DNA of 60,139 nt, counting the filler, from Hausera hauseri (lineage: Eukaryota): assembly GCA_046269625.1 (NCBI GenBank). It is 11 parts of 11 records of this genome, joined end to end, with 100 filler letters (N's around TTAATTAATTAA, not from the genome) between each part and the next. Parts side by side here need not be neighbours in the genome. Positions count along the whole stretch, not along the records: positions 37,045 to 41,459 come from JBJURY010593111.1; positions 41,560 to 45,505 come from JBJURY010867295.1; positions 45,606 to 49,676 come from JBJURY010781424.1; positions 49,777 to 54,155 come from JBJURY010609665.1; 7 more parts are not named here. The stretch is one strand, 5' to 3'. The notes below the pieces were generated by a model. That model made no database searches, was not told the DNA's origin, and saw nothing but the letters and a program-made list of their open reading frames with translations. Shown piece by piece: positions 38,871-51,879 of this stretch (its first letter is position 1; each line of letters begins with the position of its first letter). The position numbers and the translations under genes are program-made.

Positions 38871-39346
38871 GAGTCCCATACTGGTGTTAGAAGTCCCCAC
38901 ATGTATGCAGTCCCTATACAGCTAGGAGATGCTCAATATTGCATTACAATCACAGATCAATTAGTATCAACCGTTTTCCATCAACCAGTTAATCCAGGAG
39001 AGACTGGTTGTCTCAGTCGAAGAACAACTGTTGGAGTTTTACATTCCATATCTACATCTCGTCGAAATCCAGGAGTTATTTTATTTCTCCATCGACGACG
39101 CAGGCGATACATCAGATACCTTCGGCGCTGCTCCTGTCGATTTGAATGATTCCAAGAAATGCTAATCATCACAACTTACACAAATAGGTCTCTTTCACAA
39201 ATCTCAGCACAAAAGATCTGCCTTCTCACAAATCTCACAAACGTTCTCGTGAATCCGATTGTGATGATAGCGATTCGTCGTTCGATCGGCCAGCGAATAA
39301 AATGTTAAAAACCGACGATTGTTCAAACGATTCTCATCGCACTTTC

Positions 39347-39620
39347 TCAGCAGAGTATATTCGTCAAGATATCGAAGGACACAATGCATACAATCACAAA
39401 AAATCGGCATATGATTTGATCAAAACACTTTTTAAGCTCATCCAAGGAGAAATTATCGAACATTTTGTGGCCCATATCCAGAGCTCATTAAATCGTTCTT
39501 CACGAAATATCCGAGTCAGTTGGAAGGAAAAGGACTGTGCACTGTTTTTAGCTATGTTTATCGTATCGCGTAGCGGTGACGAAAGATGCGGCGTTGCCAG
39601 TGCCGGCTTCACCAACATTG
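39347..39620 (+). pseudogene. CSE1L: Exportin-2 (CSE1/CAS) internal fragment
   Basis: EYIRQDIEGHNAYNHKKSAYDLIKTL...WKEKDCALFL matches CSE1 EYIRRDLEGSDxxTRRRAACDLV...WKxKDxAIYL. Confidence 0.75.
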
Positions 39621-40209
39621 CTTTGTCCAATGGTGGTGGGGTAGAGCAGTCAATGCCGAACATAATGCTTCTCGGTTGCAGTCCGCCGGTGTGTTGGTCA
39701 CCAGATGACGCACATTGGGTCTTGCCTGGCAAAACTGACTTTGCAAGGGGAGGGGGTAATGTGGTGCCCACATTCACCCAATTGTGGATCTGCATGTTGA
39801 GTTTGTGAAGGAGACAAAAACTAATTGTTTAAATAAAAAACATTTTTAGGCGGAGTTCGACTTTTTAAAGTTATTGAAGTTTTTCATAAATTTTCTTTTT
39901 ACAATAATTCTTTTATATTCATATTGTTTCATATGAAATTCCATGGCTTTCCAATTCACGGATTTTGATGTAGTGGATATAGATTTAGATAATGACGAAA
40001 ATGATTGTTCAAACAATGCCTCACTCAATTCAATTGAAGATGAAATTAGTCAGTTATCATTTACCGACTGAGATCTTCATGAATTTAACAAAATGGAACG
40101 AGATATTTATGGCGAAGAGAATTCAGTCGATGAGATATCTAAACCTAATGATGATATTACGGATGAACAAACGGAATCTTTGGAGTTTACAAGACTTAAT
40201 CACATACTA

Positions 40210-40365
40210 ACAACCAATAAATCAAAAATCAGCGCAATGCATGCAATCTGGTCTAAGGCACAAGTGATAGCAAGAGTGCAACTCAGAAAAATCAGTTTGG
40301 ATCAGTTTGACAATAAACGCGTTATTCTAAATGATGGCATCCGTACTCGAGGTCATGTTTTATAA
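40210..40365 (+). pseudogene. C-terminal tip of a Maverick pPolB
   Basis: MHAIWSKAQVI...KISLDQFDNKRVILNDGIRTRGH aligns by eye with MRRIQSKAHVI...KKSLDWFDDKRQIMDDGISTLPHGH of ORF 12728-13138. Confidence 0.8.
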
Positions 40366-40899
40366 ACATGATAAATACATGTATAAAGTTTATATTTTTG
40401 TTAAATTAAATAATAGCAGTTGGTGAATTTGAACCTGAAAAATGTTGAATATCTCAGTTAACTTGCTAATCCAAATCCGGGATTTCGATGTTTGCGATAC
40501 AACAAATCATCCCCAAGGTGAAACATGGAATGATATCTTTTGATTGACGAGTACTACACTCTTTTTTCGGAGTTACCCACTATACAAGCAATAAAAAGCT
40601 TCATTTTTCCCACGGATGTAGACATTCCGTTGTACGAGTGTAGAGTACAAACGCAATGTTGGTAGAAAGTTTACGAACAATTACATTTAAACCTATTTTT
40701 CTCTCCTTTTTGAACAGAGATCGATTTTCATATTTATTCGAACACGTCAGAACGGATACTATACACTAGGAGATCGACTTGAATAAAGGAATTCTATTCT
40801 TTGGTTACACGTTCGATTAACTGATGTTCGTTTGTCGGATGAGGAAGCTTTAGAACGGCATCATGCAGACTCGCTCATTAAGTACTCCATTCGTTTTAG

Positions 40900-41400
40900 A
40901 TCATGTGATGACCTTTATCAGTTTGTTCACATTGCTAGAAACAGATTCTTAATCCTTTGGATGGTTGCTCTGGAAATGTGAGCTCACACTCAATCTGGCA
41001 TCATTGAATCAAGTTTCTTCTGATAAACACTACAAAATCTTTGAAAGAAGTTGAAAACGTTGGTATATATTTTTAGAATCAAAAGTTTCCCTTCCACTCT
41101 GTATTGTCATTGCGTAGGAGAATAACTTAAAGGCTGTTTAAATTGGCTCATGGACTAATGCAGGGTGAGTTTTTAAATCCTGAAAAATCAGCCCTTTCTA
41201 TGGCTATCATCATCAAATAAAAATGGGGCGTATTTGGGTTTATATGGATGGAAATGACTCTTCTTCCATATGAGAGAAATCCAGATTAACAGAGGTGACC
41301 ACTCTTCGCTGGTTTTCAACTGTTATTACTGTACCAGATCTTCCAGTATGGGGCCGATCTTTTACCACAGTATCTGTTTCTAAAAGTTTTCTTTTCCAAT
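40900..41400 (-). mobile_element. Tc1/mariner-superfamily transposase remnant
   Basis: KLLETDTVVKDRPHTGRSGTVITVEN (F.ETGSV.D.PRSGRP-type) and AHISRATIQRIKNLF. Confidence 0.6.
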
Positions 41401-41559
41401 TAATGGAGGTACAACTTTCGTGAATTAATTAACAAATATTCTACAACACTTTTCAATACNNNNNNNNNNNNNNNNNNNNNNNNNNNNNNNNNNNNNNNNN
41501 NNNTTAATTAATTAANNNNNNNNNNNNNNNNNNNNNNNNNNNNNNNNNNNNNNNNNNNN

Positions 41560-43950
41560 GCATTTACAATGATTAATACTATTTCGAGGACGTCTGCTCC
41601 TATTACGATCTTATCCGTTAGCACTTCAGTAATTTTTCGATAGAATTCGTTCGTATCCATTTGATTGTTTATGTTCGATTTTGCTAGACCTGTTAGATGG
41701 GTGTCAAAATTATTGATTCTTTGTCGAGGAGAGATAACGCTATAGAAGAATGTTTGACCGTCTAGCGTTATAACTGAACATTCTATCGGTTACATTTGAT
41801 TCCATTGGTTATATGCCAAATTGACGGCAGCTATAACTATATCTGTATTCATAACATTCTGAATCCGTCTATAGGGGATCGTTTTATATCGTAAGTAGTC
41901 GGGTTCTGGAAGATGGAAGCATTTACCTTCTGGTACTGGAGGTTGAAATATCTTGTGTTTGATGATTTCAAAGGCTATCATAATTCGATTAGAAAGAGAG
42001 CGGATTTTTAGCGTATTTTCTCTTATGAATTTGTATTCAAACGCTAAGGCATGGTCGGAGTCCATATTGATTAGATCTCCTTGTATTGAGGTCTTGCGAT
42101 TAGTAGACTTAATATGAAACTTGCCTGCAATATTATATATTAATGGAGTGGAATCTTTCTGGCAAGATTATCAGGTCTTGGAGATGAAAGAAAATGGCCT
42201 TTGTCAGTTGAATTAGGTCTAGAGATCGACTACCCATGCTGTATCCTTTTAGATTGTTGAAATCTGTGGTGTTTGTGGGTAATTCAAGCTGTAGGTGTAA
42301 TCGTTATGAGTCACATAATATTGATTGGCTGGAACGGCATTGATAAGATGTGTCTTAGCATTGCTGAACCAATGCTTTGATCGGGTAATCGATTGAATCT
42401 GGTAAGGGGTTGAGGATGACACTGTAAAGAGAAATGTCAATAATAGTTCATTGTAGATATCTAAACACAACACAACGGTTATCAAACACACAATGGTAAT
42501 CGTTGTAGTTTTATATTTCAATTTATTTCTATAGGTAACCTGATGACATGTGGTTATCTCTACTGAAAGGGTTGCATAAACAGCAATCCCTACACTTAAT
42601 CTTCAGCTGGGGTTATCAGTTGCTAACGGGTTCGTTAGCTCGCGTAGGTTAATTCGTATCCAGCTTTGTTTCTTCTTGCGTCGTCGTTGTATCAATTTAA
42701 ACAATATCACTACTATTATTACGACTGCTGTCGGGATTATGGACCCTATGAGGATTATTTCTAGGCTAGAATACTTATATACCGCTCGTGATGGTTGTTT
42801 AGTTGTCTATTTGGTTACTTTTTGTGATAGCGGACACTACTTTGGTAGAAGTTATTTTGTCATTATCATCTAACAATTGTAGAATGATCGTATATTTTAT
42901 GTTAGGCTCCAAAGCCGCATACGGCACTATCAGATCATCAGGGGTTATGATTCCTTTTGCTATTATGGTATCTTGTTTCTTACAGCTAAATTTAATTTTT
43001 ACAAAATCAAGATCTGGTTTAACGGCGATAATTAGTGCGGTGGGGGCTGCTATAACTGTTACGTTATCCCATATGGAACGTTTTTGACGATAATATGAAG
43101 CGTAAGGTTTAATTAAGATAGTCATCTCTTTTTTGTCAGCCGAGAACCGCACAGATGGCGTCGTGATATTTTTTTGTATGCCATCGTATTCTTTCTGGTT
43201 TCTGTATCGTATGAACATCGTTAGCCCTTTTCTTTTCATTCTATTTTTGAATTTTCCGTGTTCCTTTCGTGACAGAGTGTATTTTACATCGTATATTTGG
43301 CCTCTTGTTACGTCACAACAAACTTGTTGTTGTTCATTTGTTATTTCACACTTTGATGGTATTTGTTTGCCTCCTGCTTCTTTTGTGGATATTGTTATCC
43401 ATCGGATATATTCTAATTCTCTCATACTCGTAATTTCTAGACAACGTCGTCCACTTTTAAATCCCTTTGGTCTTATTATTAGTTGTGCAAGTATTATTTC
43501 ATCTAATAATGTTTCATTCATTTCATGTTTATTGGGAACTCGTATATACTTGTAGAATTTGGTATATAGACTATAATAATAGTCTCCCTTTTTCTTTATG
43601 ATTGTAAGATATACTCCATGTGTCCCTGAAGAGTCTATCAAACATCATGTTTCATTTGTTAATGAGTGGTGCATACAATCATTATCGCGCTCATAACCAT
43701 AATTTGGGATCATCTGTATCCTTATAATATATCCGCCAGGCATTCGTCTTGTGGTATACCAGGTAATACACTTTTGACCTTTCATGGAGTATGTTATTTG
43801 GTACTTTAAACTTTTTAACCATAGGTCCTCGTTTATGGCCGTGGCATGTTGTATCTTAGCTTGTTTGACTTCTGAATTCGTCATCTGTCCGACTACTCTG
43901 GAGAATAAAAAGATGATCATTAGCCAATACAAGCTGTAGTTTGTACTTTT
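41560..43950 (-). pseudogene. env-like region downstream of the integrase, with an FN3-like module
   Basis: Signal-like YSLYWLMIIFLFSRVVG right after the integrase; Cys-containing segment; furin-like RQKR; LEPNIKYTIIL (FN3-type Tyr corner); further hydrophobic segments IVCLITVVLCL and IVIGADVLEIVLIIV. Confidence 0.55.
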
Positions 43951-45505
43951 TCTCTTTACTTTTTCTTTAATACTTAGTAAGACTTCCTTTTCATTTTTCC
44001 TCAGTTCACTTCTTCGAGGTGCTGGTTCGCATCTGTTAATGTGAACCTTCATGGATATATTATTTTTCTTCAGACAAATGTTGGGTAAATCTACTTTTTC
44101 TACTTCATACGGTCCTTTGTATGATCTATCTAACTTATATGTTTTACCCTTTTTAATTGCCGATAAATATAACATTAATTGATCATCGACCTTAATCTTA
44201 GGCTGTTTGGTCTTTTTATCATAATACTTTTTATACTTTGATTTATAATCCTTCTGGTTATCACCAATCATTTTATATGCTAACTGGAGGCGTTCCTGCA
44301 TTAACTGCTTATAGTCTTCTATTTCCATTAAATGTGAAATTGGTTTCACATTAAAATCTAGATCAATCGGTAATCTTGCGTCCCGTAAATACATTAATTA
44401 GAAAGTAGTCTCTTTAGTAGCTTCGTCAACCGATGTCCGATTTACAAAAACACATGCATTGATGTATTCGTCCCAATCGTCTTGTCGAGTGTTTGCCACT
44501 GTTTGCAATTTCCCTTTAAGTCTCCAATATATCTCTCAATCATTCAATTATTCTTCGGATGTCCCGGCGTGGATCGCAACTTTAGTATCTTCAAAATGTC
44601 GTATATGGACTGCATGACGGTTCCAGTTAAATTTGGTACTTGATCGGTTAAGAAGATTCTTGGGGCTCCATAATTGAATACTATATTTTCTACGAATTTC
44701 TCAGCGATGGTGTTTGCCTTTATATCCGGCATTGGTAAGGCGACAACCCATCTTGTAAAGTAGTCAATGAAGACTAAAATGTATTTATTTCCGTTTTGTG
44801 TTAACGGTAATGGCCCCGTTATATCCATTGCGGTAAACTCGAATGGTGCTGAAGAATTATCCCATACCTTTAAATGTGCTTTAAATTTTGATTCCGTGTT
44901 TTTCGGGGTAGCACACAGCTTGCAGCTCTTGCACCATTCCTGTACGTCTTTCATTATCTTTGCCAAAAGTATTTCTGTTTTAGTTTGTTTAGTGTCTTGT
45001 TGGCCGATTGGTGTCCGCCAAGTAATCCATCATGATACTGAGTCAGTAAAACTGCTCTATTTTTTCTAGGAATTACTAATGCAGGTTCGTTTTTGGTAAT
45101 AAAATATAGAAATCCTTCTTTTTCCTCGTAAGCTTCACTGAATCGGGCCAAGTAACGAGTTAGCTCTTTATCAGATGGTATAGTTTTGTCTTCTATGTAC
45201 TTTTTAATAGCCCTTATTTCTACATCTTCATTTTGATTTGCCTTAATTTTCACAACTGATCCATCCATGCTCCATACGGCTGCGACTACCGCCTTTGTTT
45301 CTTATTTTTCGGGTATTCTCGATAAGTAGTCGGCGTTGGCATTTCGCGATTCCGGCTTATACTGGAAATTCAATGTATACGGTTGTAACTTTAGAGCTTA
45401 TCGTAGTAGCCTGCTGTTTAGATATTCGTGTTGCTTTAGCCATTGAAGCCGTCTGTGATCCGTATAAATCAAGAGCGGTTTATTCTCACTACTATAAGGT
45501 GCAAA
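43950..45505 (-). mobile_element. Ty3/Gypsy pol 3' half (RNase H, integrase, GPY/F), frameshifted
   Basis: NANADYLSR (RNase H end); YHDGLLGGHQSANKT..KYFW and WCKSCKLC (HHCC); AMDITGPLP..GNKYILVFIDYFTRW; LTDQ; YKGPYEV. Confidence 0.93.
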
Positions 45506-45899
45506 NNNNNNNNNNNNNNNNNNNNNNNNNNNNNNNNNNNNNNNNNNNNTTAATTAATTAANNNNNNNNNNNNNNNNNNNNNNNNNNNNNNNNNNNNNNN
45601 NNNNNTGAAAATTTTATTGGCATGTTTAATAGCATTTGTACAGTCATTTTATCCGATTTGGTCGTTTTTTGGTTGTAAAAAACAATTTGTTTAAATTTGG
45701 TGATGTAAAAAACACATGGTTTCTAAAAAAGGAAGTTAATGTTTTGTTTGATACAAAAAAAACCTTTCAATAAACCTGGTATTACGGTTGTTATGAATTT
45801 CTACAGTTAAAATGACATCGATAATGTGGGGTTTGCTGCAGAAGAAACGCGGATATTTACTAGTGGTGTCGGATAATTTGGTCTGTACAGATCAAGTCT

Positions 45900-46930
45900 G
45901 ATGCGCACAAACGTTGGTTTCTTGTTCAGTTAATCTTTTTCCTTACGTTTTTGAAGTGGAAAAATGGAACGTGAACCAACACTGGTGTAAGAAGTTTTCA
46001 CTGGAATATAACTTTTCTCTTGTGAAGCCTGATGACTATCGATGTATCCCTAACTCGCCTAGTCAAAGCTGGGGCCGAGGTTTACATTTATTTCGCTTTT
46101 ATTTAGACAATAATATTCTTATTAGTTATCGTCATGCACTCATGTCACAATTTTTTGACCAACTTTTAAGTCATATAATTTTTTGTATGTAAATTATCTT
46201 TATGTTCGTATGCTATGTCAATGGGAAGAATCGGATTTGTGCTCCTCGGTGCATTGTCCTTGGGAATGGAGTGTCGAGATTACCCAGAAATGTTAAAGCA
46301 CATTGGTTTAATGATGATATTTTGTGCTGTCACAATTTTTCACGAAAACAATAGTGGGTTTTGCACTATATACAACTACTATAAAACCCACATCAGATAT
46401 GAATTCCTATACAAGCAGTTGGTCGATATTAGAAATATATATTAGAAATATTTAGAAATATTTACAATTGTCAGTCACTGTTTGATATTCATCCAGATAA
46501 AACAATGCTGCTATCCGATTTGTTGACGTTTAAAATTTACAGACAAAATGATACGAGTGACGAATGTAATCAATTGCAAAATGTTGTCAATGTCTACAAA
46601 GAAGGTCTTCACTTCGTAGAACCCGATTTGAAAAATGCGTCTGGATGGACACATTGTGGGTTGAAATGGATTTACTTACAAACACGAAAGAAAACTTTAA
46701 AATAATATTAGGAGTTTTCAAAGATTCCACGATAAAAACTACTCATCCAGATGCTTTATTATGGAAATTAGATAATAAAAAAGTAGCAAGTGCCATGGAA
46801 GTCCTTCTATTAAACAGATACAACAAAGGCTTTAAATCAAAATGCATAAAACATATCCGTGGTTGTCAATCATCTTATCAGAAGTGTAACATTAAGAAAC
46901 CTTCGGATATTTTATTCCATAACTGAGATG
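45900..46930 (+). pseudogene. Degenerate coding-like sequence, family not recognised
   Basis: Series of short collinear plus-strand ORFs with protein-like composition. Confidence 0.25.
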
Positions 46931-47164
46931 AATACAAAGCAATATTAAATTCAAGTTTTATTCGAGATTTTGGTCGTCACGATTTTAATTATTTTACCGG
47001 AGAATTTAAACATAATGTTTTGAAAGTTTTTATCGAACATTTTAACGCAACAAATTCAGTTCATAGTATAAAAGATATCAGATGCATTTATTTCAATATA
47101 GTCGTTGAAAAGGCAGTTTGTGATTATGTTTACTGGTTAATTTTGATTCATTCTGAATGCTTCA

Positions 47165-47933
47165 ATGAATGTCATTAATATTCAAATTGCTTCTCAAAGT
47201 TTTTGCCCGTTTCTGACAAATTTGTTTGAAATGAAAACAAGCGAAAATTTACTTCAAAATTGTAAAGACGTAATTAATGAAGATAATTTATCGAAAATTG
47301 CCCTTACAAATCACGATATTGTTTATTTCAAATCAGAAGTTGCATTTAAAATGGGAAACTATCAAAAATGTTATAGCGTAAAGGTTAACAGCGATAGGTT
47401 GTTTATGTTTATTTCTCATAAATATGCACCTACTCATTGTTCAACTTTATCGTGCTTTAAAACTGCTCCGAAAAATAACGAATCTTCTACCATCTTAAAA
47501 ACCAAACATCTAGTCAAGTATCAGGTTTTCATGACATCAATCGAAAAATTAAATATTCCTCCAAATTCGTGAAAACAGGTTTCTAATGAACGAATAGACG
47601 ATTCCGACGGAAAGCGTACAACATTGTTCACCATGCGACCAAACTCTTGAATTTATTTTAATTGTCGATAATCAAGAGTGCTTCAGCACAGAGCAACTAA
47701 AACAGAAGTTGTGTTCAAAACTCCATGCAAAGGTTGTAAAATTTGAAAACCGTGTTCTTTCAGCTGGTGATTTTCTTTGGAGTACCAAAGAAAAGTCTGG
47801 TCGAGAAACCATACTTGATTTGTTGACTAAAATAAAAACATTTGATTTGTGGACTTGTATAAAAAATCGTCGTTCTTATGATCATAAGTCACAATCTCAA
47901 GTCCGACATATCAAAACAAATTGTACTTCTTGA
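47165..47933 (+). pseudogene. MUS81: MUS81-like ERCC4 nuclease fragment, degenerate
   Basis: LIVDNQE at ~47658, then FENRVLSAGDFLW..KEKSGRETILD...FDLWTCIKNRRSYDHK, resembling MUS81 R.L.VGDF.W...E.VLD.IVERK..DL..SI.DGR..EQK; the ERK motif is decayed. Confidence 0.6.
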
Positions 47934-48769
47934 AAAGTGTCCTCGTATGAACAATTTGTCAATACCGATTGAAACTTTAAAACTAAATTACATTTGGTTT
48001 AAAAATATATGTTTACTCTCTATCCCTGTATCCAACTAGGATTTTCTTAACGTCCCTGATAATCTTGTTGATGATCCGGTTTTGTTATTTGCAATTGATA
48101 TTCTGTTTAATATAATATTACCATTTAATACATTTATTAAAATATGTTATGAAACACATTTTGTTCCTACTTCTGCTCCATACGTTCGATCATTTGTAAC
48201 ACCATGGTTTCCAGGTTTCCTTAAAAAGCAAAAGCTACTGCTTTATCTACTGTGAGTTTGTATTGTGACGTTGCCTTTCTTTATCTGCAACACACATCTG
48301 GTAACAAAGAAATGGAATTAAATTGAATGAAAATGTTCATAATATATTTCACTGTATTTAATTCTCAAGGTGGACTGAGTTGTAATGTTAATAGGCTTAT
48401 GAAATTGTCGGTAAATAGTGTTAACTCACTATCGTACCTGACACATCAATCTCTGAAAGATCTATACGTATCCCTCACGGCACTTACAATATCACATCAA
48501 AACCTACATGTAAGCTTCCTCATCTTTGTTACCTTCAAAAACATCGATTCTGACAATTGTGTAATCATTATTTTTACCAATCTAACGCCATGCAAACCTT
48601 TTAATTTCTTGCATTCTTAGATTAATCCATAAAACCAGATGGCCTGTGAAGAGGCCTTGCGTGCGTGTGCAATGCGGAAAAGCAATGTCATTCATTTACT
48701 GTTTAATTGGTTCCCCAAGGGCATTGTATGGTGTGAAAAAAGACAAGGTCCTAGTGTATTACTGAGACG

Positions 48770-49550
48770 GAGATGTGTTAAAACTAATCTGGAAAGCAGT
48801 TTTGGCTTCTTCCGACCAAATTATCTCGCGTTTATCCTTACCCTTGACTCCCTTTAAATATTCGTTCAGCGGTATTTGCACTTCCGCTATTTTTGGCAAA
48901 AAAGTATGATAGAAGTTAATCATCCCCAAAAACTGTCTTAGTTGTTTAATGGTTTCTGGAAGTTTGTAGTCAACAATGCTTTGCACACGGTTGGGTAAAG
49001 GACGAAATCCAAATTGATCGACTAGGTGTCCGAGAAATTCAACCTGTTTAACACCGAAAAGGCATTTCTTCTGATTAATTTTTAGTCCATAATTTTGAAG
49101 ACGTGAGAACAAAATGCGAAGGTGTTCTTCATGTTGTTTCTCGTTAATACTAGCGATCAAGATATCGTCAATATAGGCGAAACAAAATTGTAGACCACGC
49201 ACTACCTCGTCAATGAACCGTTGAAACGTTTGGGCGGCCCCACATAGACCGAAATTCATAAATGGAAATTCGTAAAGGCCAAAGGGGGTCGTAATGGCAG
49301 TTTTGGGAATGTCTGCATCGTTTACTGGAATTTGGAAATAAGCTTTTACGAGGTCAATTTTTGAAAATATGGTTGTATTGTGTAACTGTTGAACGAAATC
49401 ACGCAGATAAGGTAAGGGGTATTTATCCGGTGTAGTTATTTTGTTTAGCCGTCGGTAGTCACCCGTAGGACGCCACTCTCCATGGCATTTTGGCACCATA
49501 TGGAGAGGGCTAGACCAGTTGCTGTTAGATGGACGACAAATACCTAAATG
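48770..49550 (-). mobile_element. Isolated, well-preserved Ty3/Gypsy reverse transcriptase segment
   Basis: GICRPSNSNWSSPLHMVPK..GEWRPTGDYRRLN, FSKIDLVKAYFQIP, KTAITTPFGLYEF, YIDDILIAS, LRQFLGMINFY. Confidence 0.95.
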
Positions 49551-49776
49551 ACCCGTCTCTTAAGTTCGCAGGTTAAGTCGCTTGTCGGTGTATGGCTTTA
49601 CATATGTAGTGGTCATACTAAGGGATATGATTTATGGCCTGTCGTTGTCATAGGACACACAATGGGTATTCTGTCTNNNNNNNNNNNNNNNNNNNNNNNN
49701 NNNNNNNNNNNNNNNNNNNNTTAATTAATTAANNNNNNNNNNNNNNNNNNNNNNNNNNNNNNNNNNNNNNNNNNNN

Positions 49777-51200
49777 CGTTTTTTGCAGCATATCTAGCTA
49801 TCATAAATTCATTCCAGTACCTAACATATACGACGGCCACAGACAGGCCGACACTGTGCATTGCATGTTTCTTTTTGGCAGTCATTTGAAATTGAAGAGA
49901 TATATCTTTAGGGCATAGATTGCTTTGGTCATCTATCCGGCTTCATGGAACGGATCAGGTTCATGGATCGTGACAGAACCAATTGAAACTTCTCCCAGGC
50001 ATAGGAAAGTCAGTGGGATTTCTGTTGCAATGCGGACTTCAGATAGTTGACTGCTGATGTCTTCATCCTTGCAAGGTCGCCATTTTCCGAGAATCGTTGC
50101 ACAAAATCTTCATCCTCAATGACGGCAGATCATTGGGATTTGTCAATTAATTTACAGCTCTCCTGAAAGTGAACAAAGAGCTGAACATTTGGTTCTGTGC
50201 ATGTACCATAAGTCTCAGCGAAGACGTTACTCAAGACGCTTTCACAAACGTAATACCAACATGCAGCCCATACAAGTTCGCGATTCGGACCGCGTTCAAT
50301 CTTCATGCATGGTCCCTCGAATAGTTCGGTGTTTGAAGCTGCTGTGTCAAACACTATTCTTGTAATTTTCTCAGCAAAGTGGTTCTCACAAATCCGAGTC
50401 AGGCTGGAATCTGCCTGCGCAGTTCCAGTATTTCTAGAAACAGGTGGTACACCAAGCAGGCTTTTTTTATCTTCACCAGTAACCAGGATTGCAATAGGGT
50501 CGACTTTCTATGTTCCAGTAAGACTAGGTAAAAGCTTCGTATCCAAATGTATAAATAGAGGCATCGTAGATGATATATCGATTTTGTTGGCAGCAAGCAT
50601 TTCACGGTTCTTCATGCGATGGTGATGAATGGAACGTCTAGAAAGCGTCAGAGAACTCAAACTCTGACCAGTTGCCTTTGTCACTGCCCCGAGTGCAAAC
50701 ATAGTTTTCCTGTCAGACAAGTTCATGTGATTCAATGTTGACGGTACTGCTGGATTCAATAGAGTTTGATCATTGATCTTAGACATTTCTGTCAGATTTA
50801 CTTTTTGCCGCTGCTCTTAGATGAAGTCGGGAACACGTCTTTATTCAGGTTCGACACCTTCAGCATCCAATGATGATAAAGAGGAGAGGCCAACGATATT
50901 TGATGAGTCAACTGTCAGATTCCAAGTTTCCTTTTTTCTCATATTTTCCTGTCGCTTCTGCTGTGCGTTCATCCACTTGGGTTTCAGTTTACAGACGCCG
51001 TGATGTGCCTGATCGACACTTGCCATTGTCGAATGTGTGCAAACTTACTGTTGACTTACCAGGCAAGTTTGATTTTCCTCATTTGTCATCAGCATTTAAG
51101 CATCATGCTTGGACATGTCGAACAGTTTTTCAAAGTTTCCATTGAAGATTTTCTCATTCTGTAGGATTCTGAGTCCTTTAATCGATTTTCCTTCAATTTT
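49777..51200 (-). mobile_element. hAT-related (hATm-like) DDE transposase remnant
   Basis: LSDRKTM...SLTLSRRSIH.HR, IHLDTKLLPSLTG, FDTAASNTELFEGPC..IE...LVWAACWYYVCESVL (degenerate WDGK / FDTTASNTG / ACRHH pattern). Confidence 0.7.
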
Positions 51201-51499
51201 TCGTGCTGCTTCACAAAAGCAAGTAACTTTTTCTTATAATAACAGACAGTAGAGGTCGGAACGTGTGCTGCAGCCTAGAAGGAAATAACAGTTTTAATAA
51301 CTGCAGATGCATGCACTTTTTGATAGTACCCATCGGTGTTACTTTCTGTAATCCTTTTGAATCGATTAGAGATTTCGAACATTCGATGGTACTCCGTTGT
51401 GCTAAAAAGTCCAAAATTGGTTTCAAAAAATACTTTATTGACCACGGAAAACTCGGTTTTTATCACTTCTCGGTATTCTCTTCGCAGAAATGAAGATCA

Positions 51500-51850
51500 C
51501 TAAACCATTTCATTGTACGTTACCCCAATCCCCAGCCATATCTCGTTTCGGCTTCTTTATTACACGAGAGGGTTCTTCCAAACACATTCTTTGTTCGATG
51601 ATAAACCACTTTTCAACTGTGAACAAAATTGAATGATGTCTTCCATCGGCAAACTTTGCCTTCAACTTTTTTGAATGACAAAAGAATTTTTAACTTGCAT
51701 TGTTTTTAATAAGTTGATCTTTGATTATTTCTCTTGACTTCATTCCAAAAATCCTTAGAACAAATCTTCCGGATATAACAAATCCAAACTTTGTGACTGA
51801 CTGTTCTCTTAAAGTTTCACTTAAAGGCTTCCATGATCGTCATTCTGGGT
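51500..51850 (-). mobile_element. Tc1/maT-type transposase remnant
   Basis: KFADGRHHSILFTVEKWFIIEQ resembles the ILFTDEK.F first catalytic motif. Confidence 0.45.
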
Positions 51851-51879
51851 TACCCACTCCTTTTATTGATACCCACTGA

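Larger units (their letters stand above)
38123..39796 (+). repeat. Two direct ~37-bp LTR-start-like repeats, each preceded by a polypurine tract (38123-38159 and 39760-39796)
   Basis: TGTAACGCCCACATTCACCCAATTAATGATCTGCATG versus TGTGGTGCCCACATTCACCCAATTGTGGATCTGCATG; preceded by G10AG and AAGGGGAGGGGG respectively. Confidence 0.85.

Noticed and set aside
40400-40900. Possible further host-gene fragment (DRFSYLFEHVRTDTI...GILFFGY)
   Set aside because: Looks coding-like, but I cannot assign a family with any confidence.
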